Below, piece by piece: positions 39,333-48,895 of a DNA stretch of 64,000 bases. Below the pieces are notes generated by a model that saw only the letters and a list, made by a program, of their open reading frames with translations, searched no databases and was not told where the DNA came from. The stretch covers positions 6,356 through 70,355 of IMG/VR virus record IMGVR_UViG_3300012001_000010; one strand, 5' to 3'. The stretch is from a virus. Every line of letters begins with the position of its first letter. The first letter of the stretch is position 1. The translations under genes were made by a program, and so were the position numbers.

Positions 39333-39664
39333 AGTAACCTGGTCGAGTAACCTTAAGCCCCGGACAACCTGGTACGCGGTGGGACGGAGCGATACAGTGT
39401 GGTACATCGTAAGTCTTTGAATAACAAGGGGTTAAAGCTAGATATCGTTGCCGCCGTTAGACTTATGAAAAGCGGCTCTTGGGCGTTAATCATGCCTGTT
39501 TAGGTGAAAATACCGATCCTTAATCCCCTTTTGTGACAAGGAGTTACGTCATCGGCGGCGGCTTGAGTAACTTTTAGAGTAACATAGAAGCGAGTAACCA
39601 GGTTTTCCGAAACCGAGTGGGCGAATAGGTTACGGTCTCGATTGGAAAGTAACTCGCGAGTAAC
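39332..39664. other. Putative attP region
   Basis: Arm-type direct repeats GAGTAAC at 39332, 39345, 39565, 39577, 39592, 39658; IHF-like TAACAAGGGGTTA and TGACAAGGAGTTA. Confidence 0.65.
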
Positions 39665-39680
39665 AAGGGCGATCTAAACG

Positions 39681-39719
39681 AAAAGGCCCGGCAACCCCGA
39701 TTGGGAATTGCCGGGCTTT
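39681..39719. terminator. Intrinsic terminator between convergent int and helicase genes
   Basis: AAAAGGCCCGGCAA...TTGCCGGGCTTT hairpin. Confidence 0.65.
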
Positions 39720-39724
39720 GGCGG

Positions 39725-42700
39725 TCAAGCGACGAACACCGCTTCCATCTCGCCGTGGGCGATCAGGTTGGCGAACATCTTGGCGAGCATCTCGGGGGTC
39801 AACGCCGGGATGACGTAATCGTCGTCGTCATCCTCTTCCTCGTACTTCGACTCGACGACGGGGACGTGGATCGCCAGCTTCGGCGGGACGTAGGCCCGTT
39901 TCACTTCCTTGGGGATCGGCTTCGACTGGCTCTCGATCAGGGATTCGGCGACCATCTGGAGCGGGATCGAGAGGTCGTCGAACGGGCTTGGGATGACGAC
40001 CGGCTTGGGCTTCTTTGGCGCGGCCTTGACCTTGCTCCATGATCGCTGCATGTCGGCACCGTTGATCCGCTCGGAGAGGTTTTTGGCCAGGGCCATCTGG
40101 AGGTTATCTTCCCCGGCCATCGCCGCCAACCCTTCCTCGCTGAACTCGCCTTCGAGGGCCTGCGCTGCCGCCATCTTCTTGCTCATGAGGCTCATCGCCT
40201 TGTGCTGCATGGTGTCACGATAGTACATATAATAGACGCGGCAGTCGCGGGGTTGGCCGATCCGCCAGGCACGGCGGGCGGCTTGCCTCATGGTGAACAG
40301 ATTGTACCCTGTCTCATAAAAGACGATGGTCGAGTAGTTGTGCCCGCCAGGGTTGGGCGAGAACAGGTCGAGGCCCGTGCTCACAAGCTGGGGGTGGGAG
40401 ATCATCACGTCGTAGTCACGACCGTTCTTCTCGATCCACTCCTCGCGCTCGATCGGCTCAACGTCGTTCGCACGGAGGATGCCGACCTTGAGGCCCTCTC
40501 TTTCGAGCAACCCCTTGAGTCGATCCTGGATATTCCTCTTGCCGGTCATCTGGACATAGACCCAGGTCTGCGTCCCATCGGCCTTCTGCTTGAGGCAAAT
40601 GTCGATGAGCGCCTGCTCCTTTGGATATGTCACGTCCTCGGGGAGCGACTTAGGCGTGACGACCCCGGTGAAGTTGTCGATGGTTCGGATGCCGGGCTTC
40701 TCCCAATACCCGACCGTGTGGCCGAGCTTCGGGGGATAGGCGTCAACCTTGACTCCGTGGATTAAGGCGTCTTCCCGTTCGGCAACTGCCCTGTCTAACG
40801 CCTTCTTAACTTCCGGGTCATGATCCCATCCGAACGGGCGATCGGGGTAATCCATCGTCGTCCAGAGGTAAGCACCGAGGAGCTTCATGCTCCCACGGAT
40901 GAGGAGGTCGCGGTTGGCGAGTTCGAGGGTCGCGGTGACTCGTTCGTACTCGATTTTTTGATCGGGTTCCATGTCGCACGCGGTATCGAACCATCCGTCG
41001 CTCGCGGCCTTGCTTCGATCGTCGTCGCCGTGGTCGAGGTTAGGTCCGCCGATATACTCGAACAGGTCGGGTAAGTTGTCGGACACGTCTTCGAGCTTAA
41101 TGAACATCGAACTGCCGATCATGTGCCTCCCGAACATCGTCGGCATAACGCCTGGCCGCACCACTTTACGTTCGGATCGTGAACCGCTCGACGCCCGCCG
41201 CATCGACTTGACGTTGCCGCCAACCGATGGCCCGTCGTTGCCCTGCTCTTTCGTGGTGATAATATGGTCGATCTTGCCATACGCCTCAGAGAAGGCCATA
41301 TCCTTGCCCCACTCGAACCCTTCTTCCTTGAGGCTATTCGGCGTGATCCTCATCATCAAGGGGAAGAGATGGTTGGCATAGCCGCCGATGATCGTGCCGG
41401 TCATCGCGAGGACATGATCGACGCCCGCGAGGAGCTTGCCGCAGGCCATCGACTGAGCGCTCTCGTCGCTCTTCTGCTCTTGACATTCGTCCACGATCAA
41501 GTAACTGAACATCCGCTTGAGCTTCTTCTGGACGAGCCGGGCGAGCGACCATCGGTACGGTCGGCTCGTGTAGTTGTACATCGGCTCGCCGCAGACCTTG
41601 ATGACCCATTGGCGATTCTTCCATGTGAATTGAACGTCGGGCTTACGCTCGGAGAAGTCGAGCGGAACCGGGCAGAGCCGGTCGCGACCGTGATCCTTGG
41701 GCCGCTCGGCGGTAGGGATCATCTCCATGTAGGTTCCGATGCACCGTTCCTGTTTCCCATCCTTGTTGGACTTCCCGTTCCTCAGTTTGGCAGACAAACT
41801 CTTCTCGGCAAGCGGGACGCCTTTCTTGTCTCGGGCTACCGTGCCGCACTTCGGGCAGCAGAAGACACGGCCGCTGACGTTATCCATCAACGGCTCGCCG
41901 CGATCACTGTAGATCGGACGGCCACGTTCGTTCAACTTCGCGATCTTCTCGACAACGACGCTCTTGCTCGCGGGACTCTTCTCGGACACCTGGCCGTTGA
42001 ACCCGCGATGCAAGTCGCCGATCCCGGTCCAGTCGGACAACCACTTGGCCTGGTTCCGGCCGATGACGTACCACTCAGCCCCCTTCGGCTTCTCCCATCG
42101 GTTGCCCGATCGCTTATCGAGGAGTCCGATCATATCCCGGAGCGACCGCTTACTGTTCGTGTCGACCTTCTCGGCCTTCTTACCCTTGACCTTTTTAACC
42201 TCGGTCTCGCCGCCTTGCGGGCCGAAGCGGGTGACGATCGCCCCTGGGATCGTGCCCTTGATTTCCCTCACCCATTTAGCGATCAAGTGGTCGGGACAAA
42301 GAGCGATCGCCCGGTACTTGCCGCCTTTACCGCCCTGATTTCGCGATCGCTGGGCATGCTTATGGATCGCGGTCATTCCGAGGAGCGTCTTTCCCGTGCC
42401 CATTTCGCCGCAGATGAAGCCGCTGTTAACTTCATCCATCATTTTAATCGTGGCCGCGATGACGTGCTTTTGGGCCTCAAACGGCTCGCGGATCATGTCG
42501 TCGAAGTCGGGCAACTCGTCGCGGCTGGGCAGGTGGAGCGGGTCGAGCGCCGTGATGGCCTTCTTCCCGAGGATGGAACCGTAATTTTGCAAATACTGAT
42601 CCATCGTGGTGATCTCGCTGATGGGCAAGATCGCCTTCGGCGGCTCAATCGTGGTGATGTCTGTGTCGTCGCATTCCATAGTAGGTTCAGTCCTGGATCG

Positions 42701-42727
42701 TGGTGGGATTAAGTAGGAGGTTGGCAC
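39725..42727 (-). CDS. SNF2-like SF2 helicase/ATPase with inserted Zn ribbon
   Basis: GEMGTGKT, VDECQE, MTGT, TGLDL, QAARRAWRIGQ. Confidence 0.88.
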   Translation of the reverse strand: MPTSYLIPPRSRTEPTMECDDTDITTIEPPKAILPISEITTMDQYLQNYGSILGKKAITALDPLHLPSRDELPDFDDMIREPFEAQKHVIAATIKMMDEVNSGFICGEMGTGKTLLGMTAIHKHAQRSRNQGGKGGKYRAIALCPDHLIAKWVREIKGTIPGAIVTRFGPQGGETEVKKVKGKKAEKVDTNSKRSLRDMIGLLDKRSGNRWEKPKGAEWYVIGRNQAKWLSDWTGIGDLHRGFNGQVSEKSPASKSVVVEKIAKLNERGRPIYSDRGEPLMDNVSGRVFCCPKCGTVARDKKGVPLAEKSLSAKLRNGKSNKDGKQERCIGTYMEMIPTAERPKDHGRDRLCPVPLDFSERKPDVQFTWKNRQWVIKVCGEPMYNYTSRPYRWSLARLVQKKLKRMFSYLIVDECQEQKSDESAQSMACGKLLAGVDHVLAMTGTIIGGYANHLFPLMMRITPNSLKEEGFEWGKDMAFSEAYGKIDHIITTKEQGNDGPSVGGNVKSMRRASSGSRSERKVVRPGVMPTMFGRHMIGSSMFIKLEDVSDNLPDLFEYIGGPNLDHGDDDRSKAASDGWFDTACDMEPDQKIEYERVTATLELANRDLLIRGSMKLLGAYLWTTMDYPDRPFGWDHDPEVKKALDRAVAEREDALIHGVKVDAYPPKLGHTVGYWEKPGIRTIDNFTGVVTPKSLPEDVTYPKEQALIDICLKQKADGTQTWVYVQMTGKRNIQDRLKGLLEREGLKVGILRANDVEPIEREEWIEKNGRDYDVMISHPQLVSTGLDLFSPNPGGHNYSTIVFYETGYNLFTMRQAARRAWRIGQPRDCRVYYMYYRDTMQHKAMSLMSKKMAAAQALEGEFSEEGLAAMAGEDNLQMALAKNLSERINGADMQRSWSKVKAAPKKPKPVVIPSPFDDLSIPLQMVAESLIESQSKPIPKEVKRAYVPPKLAIHVPVVESKYEEEDDDDDYVIPALTPEMLAKMFANLIAHGEMEAVFVA

Positions 42728-43145
42728 GCTCGATCAGTTCAAGCGTCTCTTGGAAGCAAGTGTCGCTATCATCGGGGGCGAGCGATTTAAGCTCGTCTAA
42801 CATCTCGGAGGCCAACAATTTCATTTCGGCCAACATCTCGCCCGGAGATTTCTTCCATCGCTTCTGGATCGTGACGATGAAGTGGCCCCACGAGTCGTCG
42901 CCCAACGAAAGCTCGACGAAGTTAATCGCACCAGCATCGTTGAACGAGTCGGCGAACGACGCGACCATGAGCTTGCTCGCCCAATGCTTCATGGATACGT
43001 CGGAAGAGGTTAGGTTGATAGCCTCTTCGATCACGATCTTGAGAAGCTCAGGCTTGGAGAGTAGGCTAAGGAGTCGATCGTTCTCCGCGTTAAGAGCATC
43101 AATTTCAGCGAGGGCCGGGATAAACTTTCGTGCCAATTTGAACAT
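42687..43145 (-). CDS. Hypothetical protein
   Basis: AGGAGA RBS next to repeat copy 6. Confidence 0.6.
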   Translation of the reverse strand: MFKLARKFIPALAEIDALNAENDRLLSLLSKPELLKIVIEEAINLTSSDVSMKHWASKLMVASFADSFNDAGAINFVELSLGDDSWGHFIVTIQKRWKKSPGEMLAEMKLLASEMLDELKSLAPDDSDTCFQETLELIERANLLLNPTTIQD

Positions 43146-43169
43146 TTACGGTCTCCTGAAAGGTGGCCT

Positions 43170-43202
43170 AAAAGGCAAAGGTCATAATGAGCTTTGCCTT
43201 TT
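43170..43202 (-). repeat. 33-bp palindromic repeat, copy 6 (reverse core)
   Basis: AAAAGGCAAAGGTCATAATGAGCTTTGCCTTTT. Confidence 0.95.
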
Positions 43203-43223
43203 GTTGCGAACTTGGATCATCGT

Positions 43224-43820
43224 TCAGAGCGAGATAGCCGGGATCGGGATGAGGATGTCTTGTTGGGTGAGTCCCTTGCTGACAACCTCGTCGAGACTCT
43301 TTGTGGTCGCCGAGAGGATGCCGCATTGGCAGTTGAAGCAGTCAGCGTGTTCGAGGCGATTCGCTTTCCTCAGCTTCTTCTCGATGTAGGGAATCCACTC
43401 CTTAAGGATAGGGGTCGTGAACCGGACATTATTTAGTTCCTGCCAGAGCGATTCGGGCGTAACCACCTTCATGAATCCCGGCATCCTGGTTATGAACAGG
43501 GCGTGGGCCATGCCGTAGCCGATCTTGTGTGTGTAGCACTGGTAGCCGTCCTCGGTCGGATAAAGACGGCCGGGAGTCCTAGACCTCCATTCGTCGTCAC
43601 CGAGCTTATTGACTTGAATCCCACCGGCCATGACGACCGCCTTGGCCCCGCCGGATAGGATCGCCCTGATCTGCTTGACCCGCTGGGTGTCGGCGATGAG
43701 CGAGATCATGAGCAATTCGCCACGTCCACTCACGGCAATCTTGTCAAACTTCACGTTCGGCGTGGAGATATCCTTGCCCATGAACTCCACGTCTCCCATC
43801 TGCTTATCCTGTTCGCTCAC
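43224..43820 (-). CDS. Hypothetical protein between methyltransferase and helicase
   Basis: 198 aa; TTPILKEWIPY motif. Confidence 0.6.
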   Translation of the reverse strand: MSEQDKQMGDVEFMGKDISTPNVKFDKIAVSGRGELLMISLIADTQRVKQIRAILSGGAKAVVMAGGIQVNKLGDDEWRSRTPGRLYPTEDGYQCYTHKIGYGMAHALFITRMPGFMKVVTPESLWQELNNVRFTTPILKEWIPYIEKKLRKANRLEHADCFNCQCGILSATTKSLDEVVSKGLTQQDILIPIPAISL

Positions 43821-44005
43821 GGTTTGTATTCCTTATCGGACGAGTTGATGCGACGGATGAACTCGGTCGCCATGATCTTGCTGTACACGATAATCTCGAC
43901 GTTCAACCAGCGGATCGAGAAGTACCAGAGATTGCCGTATTTGGAGTGCTCGACCACCGGAAGCCAGTAGAACCTCGCGAGGCCGGTGAAGTTGAACAGG
44001 ATCAT
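43817..44005 (-). CDS. Small aromatic-rich protein, paralog of 46924-47124
   Basis: NFTGLxRFxWxP...LWY...MATE shared. Confidence 0.6.
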   Translation of the reverse strand: MILFNFTGLARFYWLPVVEHSKYGNLWYFSIRWLNVEIIVYSKIMATEFIRRINSSDKEYKP

Positions 44006-44100
44006 ATTCCACTCTCCTGGGTGTGGTAGATGGAGACTTTGTAAAGTCTATCCAACGAGGTCTCCGTTGACGGTCTCGATCTTGTAAACGGGAAAGTCGC

Positions 44101-44367
44101 TCATGGCTTATATTCCTTCTTTGCGAGGGTGATACCCTTTGGCGTGACGTGGTAGTAATATAGATTTTCTGAATCATACTGGCCTTCGTACATAAGACCA
44201 AGATCAATCAGTTCAAGTACAGTATCGAAATCACAACCTTTTCTAAATGTTGCGAAACAGTTTCGGTGGTTGTCGTTTTCTAACCACCATGACAACTTAC
44301 GTCGATAATTGCACCGCTTCATTCCGAGCGAGTGCCGAAGTAGATTAAGCTGATTCTGTGTAATCAT
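44101..44367 (-). CDS. Small phage protein
   Basis: LLRHSLG...HRNCF...LIDLGLM...YHVTPKG; AT-rich. Confidence 0.6.
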   Translation of the reverse strand: MITQNQLNLLRHSLGMKRCNYRRKLSWWLENDNHRNCFATFRKGCDFDTVLELIDLGLMYEGQYDSENLYYYHVTPKGITLAKKEYKP

Positions 44368-45122
44368 CGGTTTCCCCGTTGTTCGAGTAATTGGAGCCGA
44401 AGCTCAGCCTCGCACGTCCTTCGGACCCGGTTAACATCCCACGTCTTGCCATCCTTGGTCTTGAACTTAAGCGTGTAGTTAAGGTGATCCGAAATCTCAC
44501 GCCAGGTCAGCGGCTCGTCCTGCATCCTCCATTGGACGATCGAACGCATGACGTTGCGTTCCTGATCCTCACGCTCGCGGACCTTGACGAGCTTGCCGTC
44601 GAGCCAGACCTTCTTGTACCGGAACCCGTAGCCGGGATACCGGGCATGTGCGACACCGGCCCGCTTCTTCTTCGCCATCCCATCCTTCGTCCGCTCACTG
44701 ATAAAGGCGCGTTCCAACTCGGCGAAGGACGCAAGGATATGGATCATAAAGCGTCCCATAGGCGAGCTTAGGTCAATAGCCCCGCCCATGAGGTTGCAGA
44801 TGTGGAGCTTGATGTTCATCCTCTCGAACTGCTCCAGGACTTGAACGCAGTCGGCGAGGCGACGGAAGGCCCTGTCGAGTTTTGCGATGATGACGTGATC
44901 GCCGGGTCGAAGCTGAAGGAATAGCTCTTTACCGGCGTCACGGTCATTCCAGGCAACCTTGCCGCTCTTAGACGAGTCGACAAAGTAAGAAGGTTCACCG
45001 AGTCGGTTGAACTCGGCGTAACGCTTAATGTGGTCCTTTTGTGTCTCTGGTGAGTCAACCTGTTTTTTAGTGCTCGCACGGGCATAGCCGTGGACTTTAG
45101 GGTCAGTCGGCATCAATACCAT
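44364..45122 (-). CDS. Serine recombinase (resolvase/invertase family) with C-terminal extension
   Basis: GYARAST, KLDRAFR, SFAELERAFISERTKDG; GAGGAG RBS at the 45122 start. Confidence 0.9.
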   Translation of the reverse strand: MVLMPTDPKVHGYARASTKKQVDSPETQKDHIKRYAEFNRLGEPSYFVDSSKSGKVAWNDRDAGKELFLQLRPGDHVIIAKLDRAFRRLADCVQVLEQFERMNIKLHICNLMGGAIDLSSPMGRFMIHILASFAELERAFISERTKDGMAKKKRAGVAHARYPGYGFRYKKVWLDGKLVKVREREDQERNVMRSIVQWRMQDEPLTWREISDHLNYTLKFKTKDGKTWDVNRVRRTCEAELRLQLLEQRGNR

Positions 45123-45405
45123 CGGGATGCTCCTCTTCAAATTGACACGGTGCGCATCGGCCATGCTCTTTGAAGCCTGAAAACTCTTCCCGAAAAATAT
45201 CACACCCGCATTTAATGCAGGAGTCCGCCGGTCCTTCCTCGTCGAAGCCTTCATTCTCGTCGCAATCCGAGTCGTCATGCGCCTCGGGGATATCTTCGAT
45301 GCAGAGGATACCTTCATTATCGCTGACCATAAATTCTAACCCTCGTCTTCGACGTTCCTGGAAAGGTGTCCGTAACGCTTTTGCATGTAATTCGTTCCCA
45401 ACCAC
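45103..45405 (-). CDS. Small acidic Zn-finger protein (start likely at MVSDNEG)
   Basis: D/E-rich with CIKC and CAPC. Confidence 0.45.
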   Translation of the reverse strand: MVGNELHAKALRTPFQERRRRGLEFMVSDNEGILCIEDIPEAHDDSDCDENEGFDEEGPADSCIKCGCDIFREEFSGFKEHGRCAPCQFEEEHPDGIDAD

Positions 45406-45737
45406 ACTTTACCGTTAAGCTTCCATTGCACGTAGGTTGGGTTATTGCGGTGAATGAGATATTGGATGACTTGGCAATCACGCCAAATCTCGGCCTGGAA
45501 CTCCAGTCCGTAGTGCTTTGAAGGATTGTCTGGGATTCCCGCCTTTCGGTTGATCGAGACATTAATGAGTCTCGTGAGTTCGCGTTGAGCCTCGGGCTTT
45601 TTGATATAGGAACCCCACTGGAATGGACGTGGGGCTTCATGGCAATCTGACGCGATAAACCGCTTGTACCACTTGAGCAACTTGACGGTGCCTGTGAGTT
45701 GCCGCTTCGTGATCTCTTGGCCTGCTTGCGTCAGCAT
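45336..45737 (-). CDS. Hypothetical protein
   Basis: 133 aa, overlaps the methyltransferase stop. Confidence 0.5.
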   Translation of the reverse strand: MLTQAGQEITKRQLTGTVKLLKWYKRFIASDCHEAPRPFQWGSYIKKPEAQRELTRLINVSINRKAGIPDNPSKHYGLEFQAEIWRDCQVIQYLIHRNNPTYVQWKLNGKVWLGTNYMQKRYGHLSRNVEDEG

Positions 45738-46927
45738 TCGACCTCCTCTTCTTCGACTTTCTCACTCTTGGGTTCGTTACTGTAGGTTGCCAGGTTGCCG
45801 TTCTGCTCGGCGCAACGGATGACAGTAATCATGCGTTGAGAGAAGACATCCTTCGTGGTGACGGCCCCACTGTCCGGGTTGGCCTCGGACGTGGACGCGG
45901 CGACGTTGTGATACTTGATCTTGTGCGAACTACCACGGACGACATGGACTCCATGCGGCCCTTCGACCACGCCATTAAGCATGCCCGACGCGAGGATCAG
46001 GCCCAGGTGCCCCTTGTCGAGCGGTAGCGGAGGTCTGGCTGGCGGCGGGATTGTGACTTCATCGAGTAGGCGATTAAGTGGACTCTCGCTGATGACGTGG
46101 AGTAATTCCGCCTCGGTGAACATCGTCTTCTTGAAGGTATGCGGCTTCCACGCGAGGGGTATCTCCCAGGTTCGGATATCCTCGTCCTTATCGTAACTGC
46201 CGCTCCCGTTCCGCCACGACTTCGGCTGCAACTGCCCCAGCGATGGGAGATTGTTTATATAAACGCAACCCCAGTGCATTTGCATCTGGGTGAGTGCGCC
46301 CACTTTGTCGAGCATATCCTTCGGGACGGCATCCTTTCGTTTCTTGCCGAACACGACGATCTCATTGTAACACCTGATCTGCTTGTGATCCTCGTCGTAG
46401 CCATCGGGGAACTTATAGACCGCGACATCAGAGTAATGCGAGTCGATAAACTCACAGAAGTTCCTGTTATTGCTCAGTGCGCCGAGCGGGCAGACAAGGG
46501 CGAGGATACCGCCGATGCAGAGGGTTCGGGTCGCCTTCTCGGTGAAAGCCTGCTCCTCTCGTCTTCCGCCACCAAGCTCCGCGTCGAACGGTGGATTAAC
46601 ATAGGCTAATCCAAAGCTGAACCCAGTGATCTGGACGCCAAGGAAGCTCGCGGGGCCGAGCAACTGGACGCCGGGGATACGCTCCCTGATCTTATCGACC
46701 CGGCCCGCGTCTAGCTCGACCGCGTAAGTCAGCGACGGCGGGATGTCGAGCGCCTTGCGGAGTTGTTCGAGTGCGGCACCTTCACCGGCACATGGGTCGA
46801 TGATGTTAACCGTGTTAAGCGGCCTCACTGGGTCTGGCTGTCTCTTGTAGAGATGGACGAGAATCCCGTCGAGTGCCGCCGCGTTAATCGGGAAGTATCC
46901 TAATTTCGCCTGTCCAGCCGGTCTCAT
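45731..46927 (-). CDS. Amino-DNA methyltransferase (DUF6094-like)
   Basis: AKLGYFP, DPCAGEG (SAM binding), VELD, NPPF. Confidence 0.85.
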   Translation of the reverse strand: MRPAGQAKLGYFPINAAALDGILVHLYKRQPDPVRPLNTVNIIDPCAGEGAALEQLRKALDIPPSLTYAVELDAGRVDKIRERIPGVQLLGPASFLGVQITGFSFGLAYVNPPFDAELGGGRREEQAFTEKATRTLCIGGILALVCPLGALSNNRNFCEFIDSHYSDVAVYKFPDGYDEDHKQIRCYNEIVVFGKKRKDAVPKDMLDKVGALTQMQMHWGCVYINNLPSLGQLQPKSWRNGSGSYDKDEDIRTWEIPLAWKPHTFKKTMFTEAELLHVISESPLNRLLDEVTIPPPARPPLPLDKGHLGLILASGMLNGVVEGPHGVHVVRGSSHKIKYHNVAASTSEANPDSGAVTTKDVFSQRMITVIRCAEQNGNLATYSNEPKSEKVEEEEVEC

Positions 46928-47124
46928 GACTCTAACTCCTCTTTAAGATGACACGATTCATTGAAGCGTTTCGTGTATTCTGTTGCCATCTCGATACTCA
47001 GGAAAGTCACCGAGAAGTCGAGAAACCTGAACGTGATATACCAGAGACGCCTCTTATTCGATCGCCTCTCGATCGACGGCCACCAGTGGAATCGGTCTAG
47101 CCCGGTAAAGTTAATCTGGATCAT
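46924..47124 (-). CDS. Small aromatic-rich protein, paralog of 43817-44005
   Basis: MIQINFTGLDRFHWWP; ATGA-coupled on both sides. Confidence 0.55.
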   Translation of the reverse strand: MIQINFTGLDRFHWWPSIERRSNKRRLWYITFRFLDFSVTFLSIEMATEYTKRFNESCHLKEELES

Positions 47125-47618
47125 GACCCTAACTCCTCTTGAGGAATGCATCGCCCGAGGATCGAACCGACTCGGTGGTCTTGCCGTGGGTCGTCGGCGT
47201 CACCTTGTAGGTAAGCGAGCATCAGCGCCCGCACGTCTTTAATGAATCTCTCGGGGTCGGCGATCCCGGCGCAGGCGTTGACGCAAGCCGCGATCCGCTT
47301 GGCAATATCCGCGTGTTCGACACCGAACTTGGGGTAAGGCTTCTTTGCGAGGGCGATGATGCCCTGGTCGGTCGCCATTGTTAGCGAGCCGTTGATGTTA
47401 TTACAGGGGCCTGGTTCGTGGATATTTGATCCACGGATGACCCAATCGGCGTCACGCTCGGCCCGATGCTTCGACGCTTCCCACTCAGATGTCAGTTCGG
47501 ACAGCCGCTCGGGATCGTGGTTGAAGTTAGGGGGGCCGAACCTGTAGGGGCTATCCCAGATGACGCTCTTTGTCGCGGTCCACGGTTCGTAGTAAGACTT
47601 CGGCTTGCCGATATCCAT
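47121..47618 (-). CDS. Hypothetical phage protein
   Basis: AAGGAG RBS; AKRIAACVNACAGI motif common in phage early proteins. Confidence 0.65.
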   Translation of the reverse strand: MDIGKPKSYYEPWTATKSVIWDSPYRFGPPNFNHDPERLSELTSEWEASKHRAERDADWVIRGSNIHEPGPCNNINGSLTMATDQGIIALAKKPYPKFGVEHADIAKRIAACVNACAGIADPERFIKDVRALMLAYLQGDADDPRQDHRVGSILGRCIPQEELGS

Positions 47619-47926
47619 GCTCTCTTCTCCTTATGTAATGGCGAAGAGAGCATAGACAATTATTTTGAATCAACCACAGCCACCAAGTCGGAATCGTTCA
47701 GTAGTAATTCCTTTTGTTCAGCGAGCAGCGATTCTATAGTCATACTCGCATTATTGTACTCGATGAAATGCCTGTACTTGTCTCGCCCCTGTTTCTTGTG
47801 GTGATGTAGAGCAAATGATCCCTGTTTGATTTTTGGTCGTTTCATTGATTCTGCCTTGTGATTTTAATGAGAAGTAATTAGCCGGGCCGAGAGACCCGGC
47901 TATGTGAGTTCAGTCTGTGCGGCGGT

Positions 47927-48436
47927 TTACGCGACCATATCTTCTCTGAGGAAGACCATCGCTTCGCTATGTATCTTTCGTCCATGCTTCTCGCTCAACC
48001 CGAGCGATAACCCAGCCTCTGCCGCTGATAGGCCTTGGGTGTAGACGAGATCACATAACTCTCTGTGCTTCGGGGGTAAGCCGCAGAGTATCTTTCTCAC
48101 ATTGGCGTTCGACTCGTCCTGGTCGAGATCGGCGGACATTTGCCGCATGTCCGGTATAAGTTCGGTGAAGTTGAGGCTCTGGAACCGCTTATAGTACGGC
48201 GCGTCGATGAGATCGAGGATTTCCCCCTCCATCGCCAGCGCCGACCATCGTTCCCAGATATCACCCTTGTCGGGGTCGAAGGATGAGGCGGCACGCATGA
48301 CACCCCAGAGCGCGGAAGACTTGAACTCTTGCTCGTGCTTTGGGAAGATTTTCGCGTACCGCTCGGCGATCCTATCGGCCCGACCGACCGCCTCGGCGGC
48401 GAGGCACTGTTGAGCTTCAGTCAGAGGCTCGATCAC
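47927..48436 (-). CDS. Second sigma-70 family sigma factor (compact, FliA/ECF-like)
   Basis: GVMRAASSFDPDKG...MEGEILD region 2; LPPKHRE...GLSAAEAGLSLGLSE region 4. Confidence 0.75.
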   Translation of the reverse strand: MIEPLTEAQQCLAAEAVGRADRIAERYAKIFPKHEQEFKSSALWGVMRAASSFDPDKGDIWERWSALAMEGEILDLIDAPYYKRFQSLNFTELIPDMRQMSADLDQDESNANVRKILCGLPPKHRELCDLVYTQGLSAAEAGLSLGLSEKHGRKIHSEAMVFLREDMVA

Positions 48437-48438
48437 GG

Positions 48439-48735
48439 TTATTCCTCGTCGTCAACCCCGAACTCGTCGTCATTAGGGCCGTTGTCATAAGGGACCGGCT
48501 CATCATTGGACTGGACCGGCTCGTCTTCATCGACGCCGAACTCGTCGTCGTGCGGGCCTTTCGAGTAGTCGAGCGGGGTCGTGTCATTCGACTTATGGCT
48601 TGTTTTTTCCGGTTGATCCGTGTGCATCATGTGATGTGGAAACGGCTCAGGAACTCGCTCTTTTGTCGTCTCGACGAATCGAGGATCATTGTAGATAACT
48701 GGAGTCATCCACTCGGGTCTCGGCTTGTCACTCAC
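48439..48735 (-). CDS. Acidic repeat protein
   Basis: GPxDDEFGVDxxE present twice. Confidence 0.5.
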   Translation of the reverse strand: MSDKPRPEWMTPVIYNDPRFVETTKERVPEPFPHHMMHTDQPEKTSHKSNDTTPLDYSKGPHDDEFGVDEDEPVQSNDEPVPYDNGPNDDEFGVDDEE

Positions 48736-48895
48736 GCAACTTTCCTTCCCTTGTTAGAGCTTCGCTGCTTTTCCATGAAGCGGTTCGGATGCTTGAGGGA
48801 GTCGAGTCCGGCTTCCCCTAGCTTAATCGCGACGACCTGGGCGTTACACTGATAGGCCCACGCCCGATTACGACGCTCTTGCTTTGTTCGCTCGA

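Noticed and set aside
39400-39540. tRNA fragment at the attP core
   Set aside because: No TTCGAATC/T-loop or CCA-end pattern seen; no tRNA genes recognised anywhere in the window
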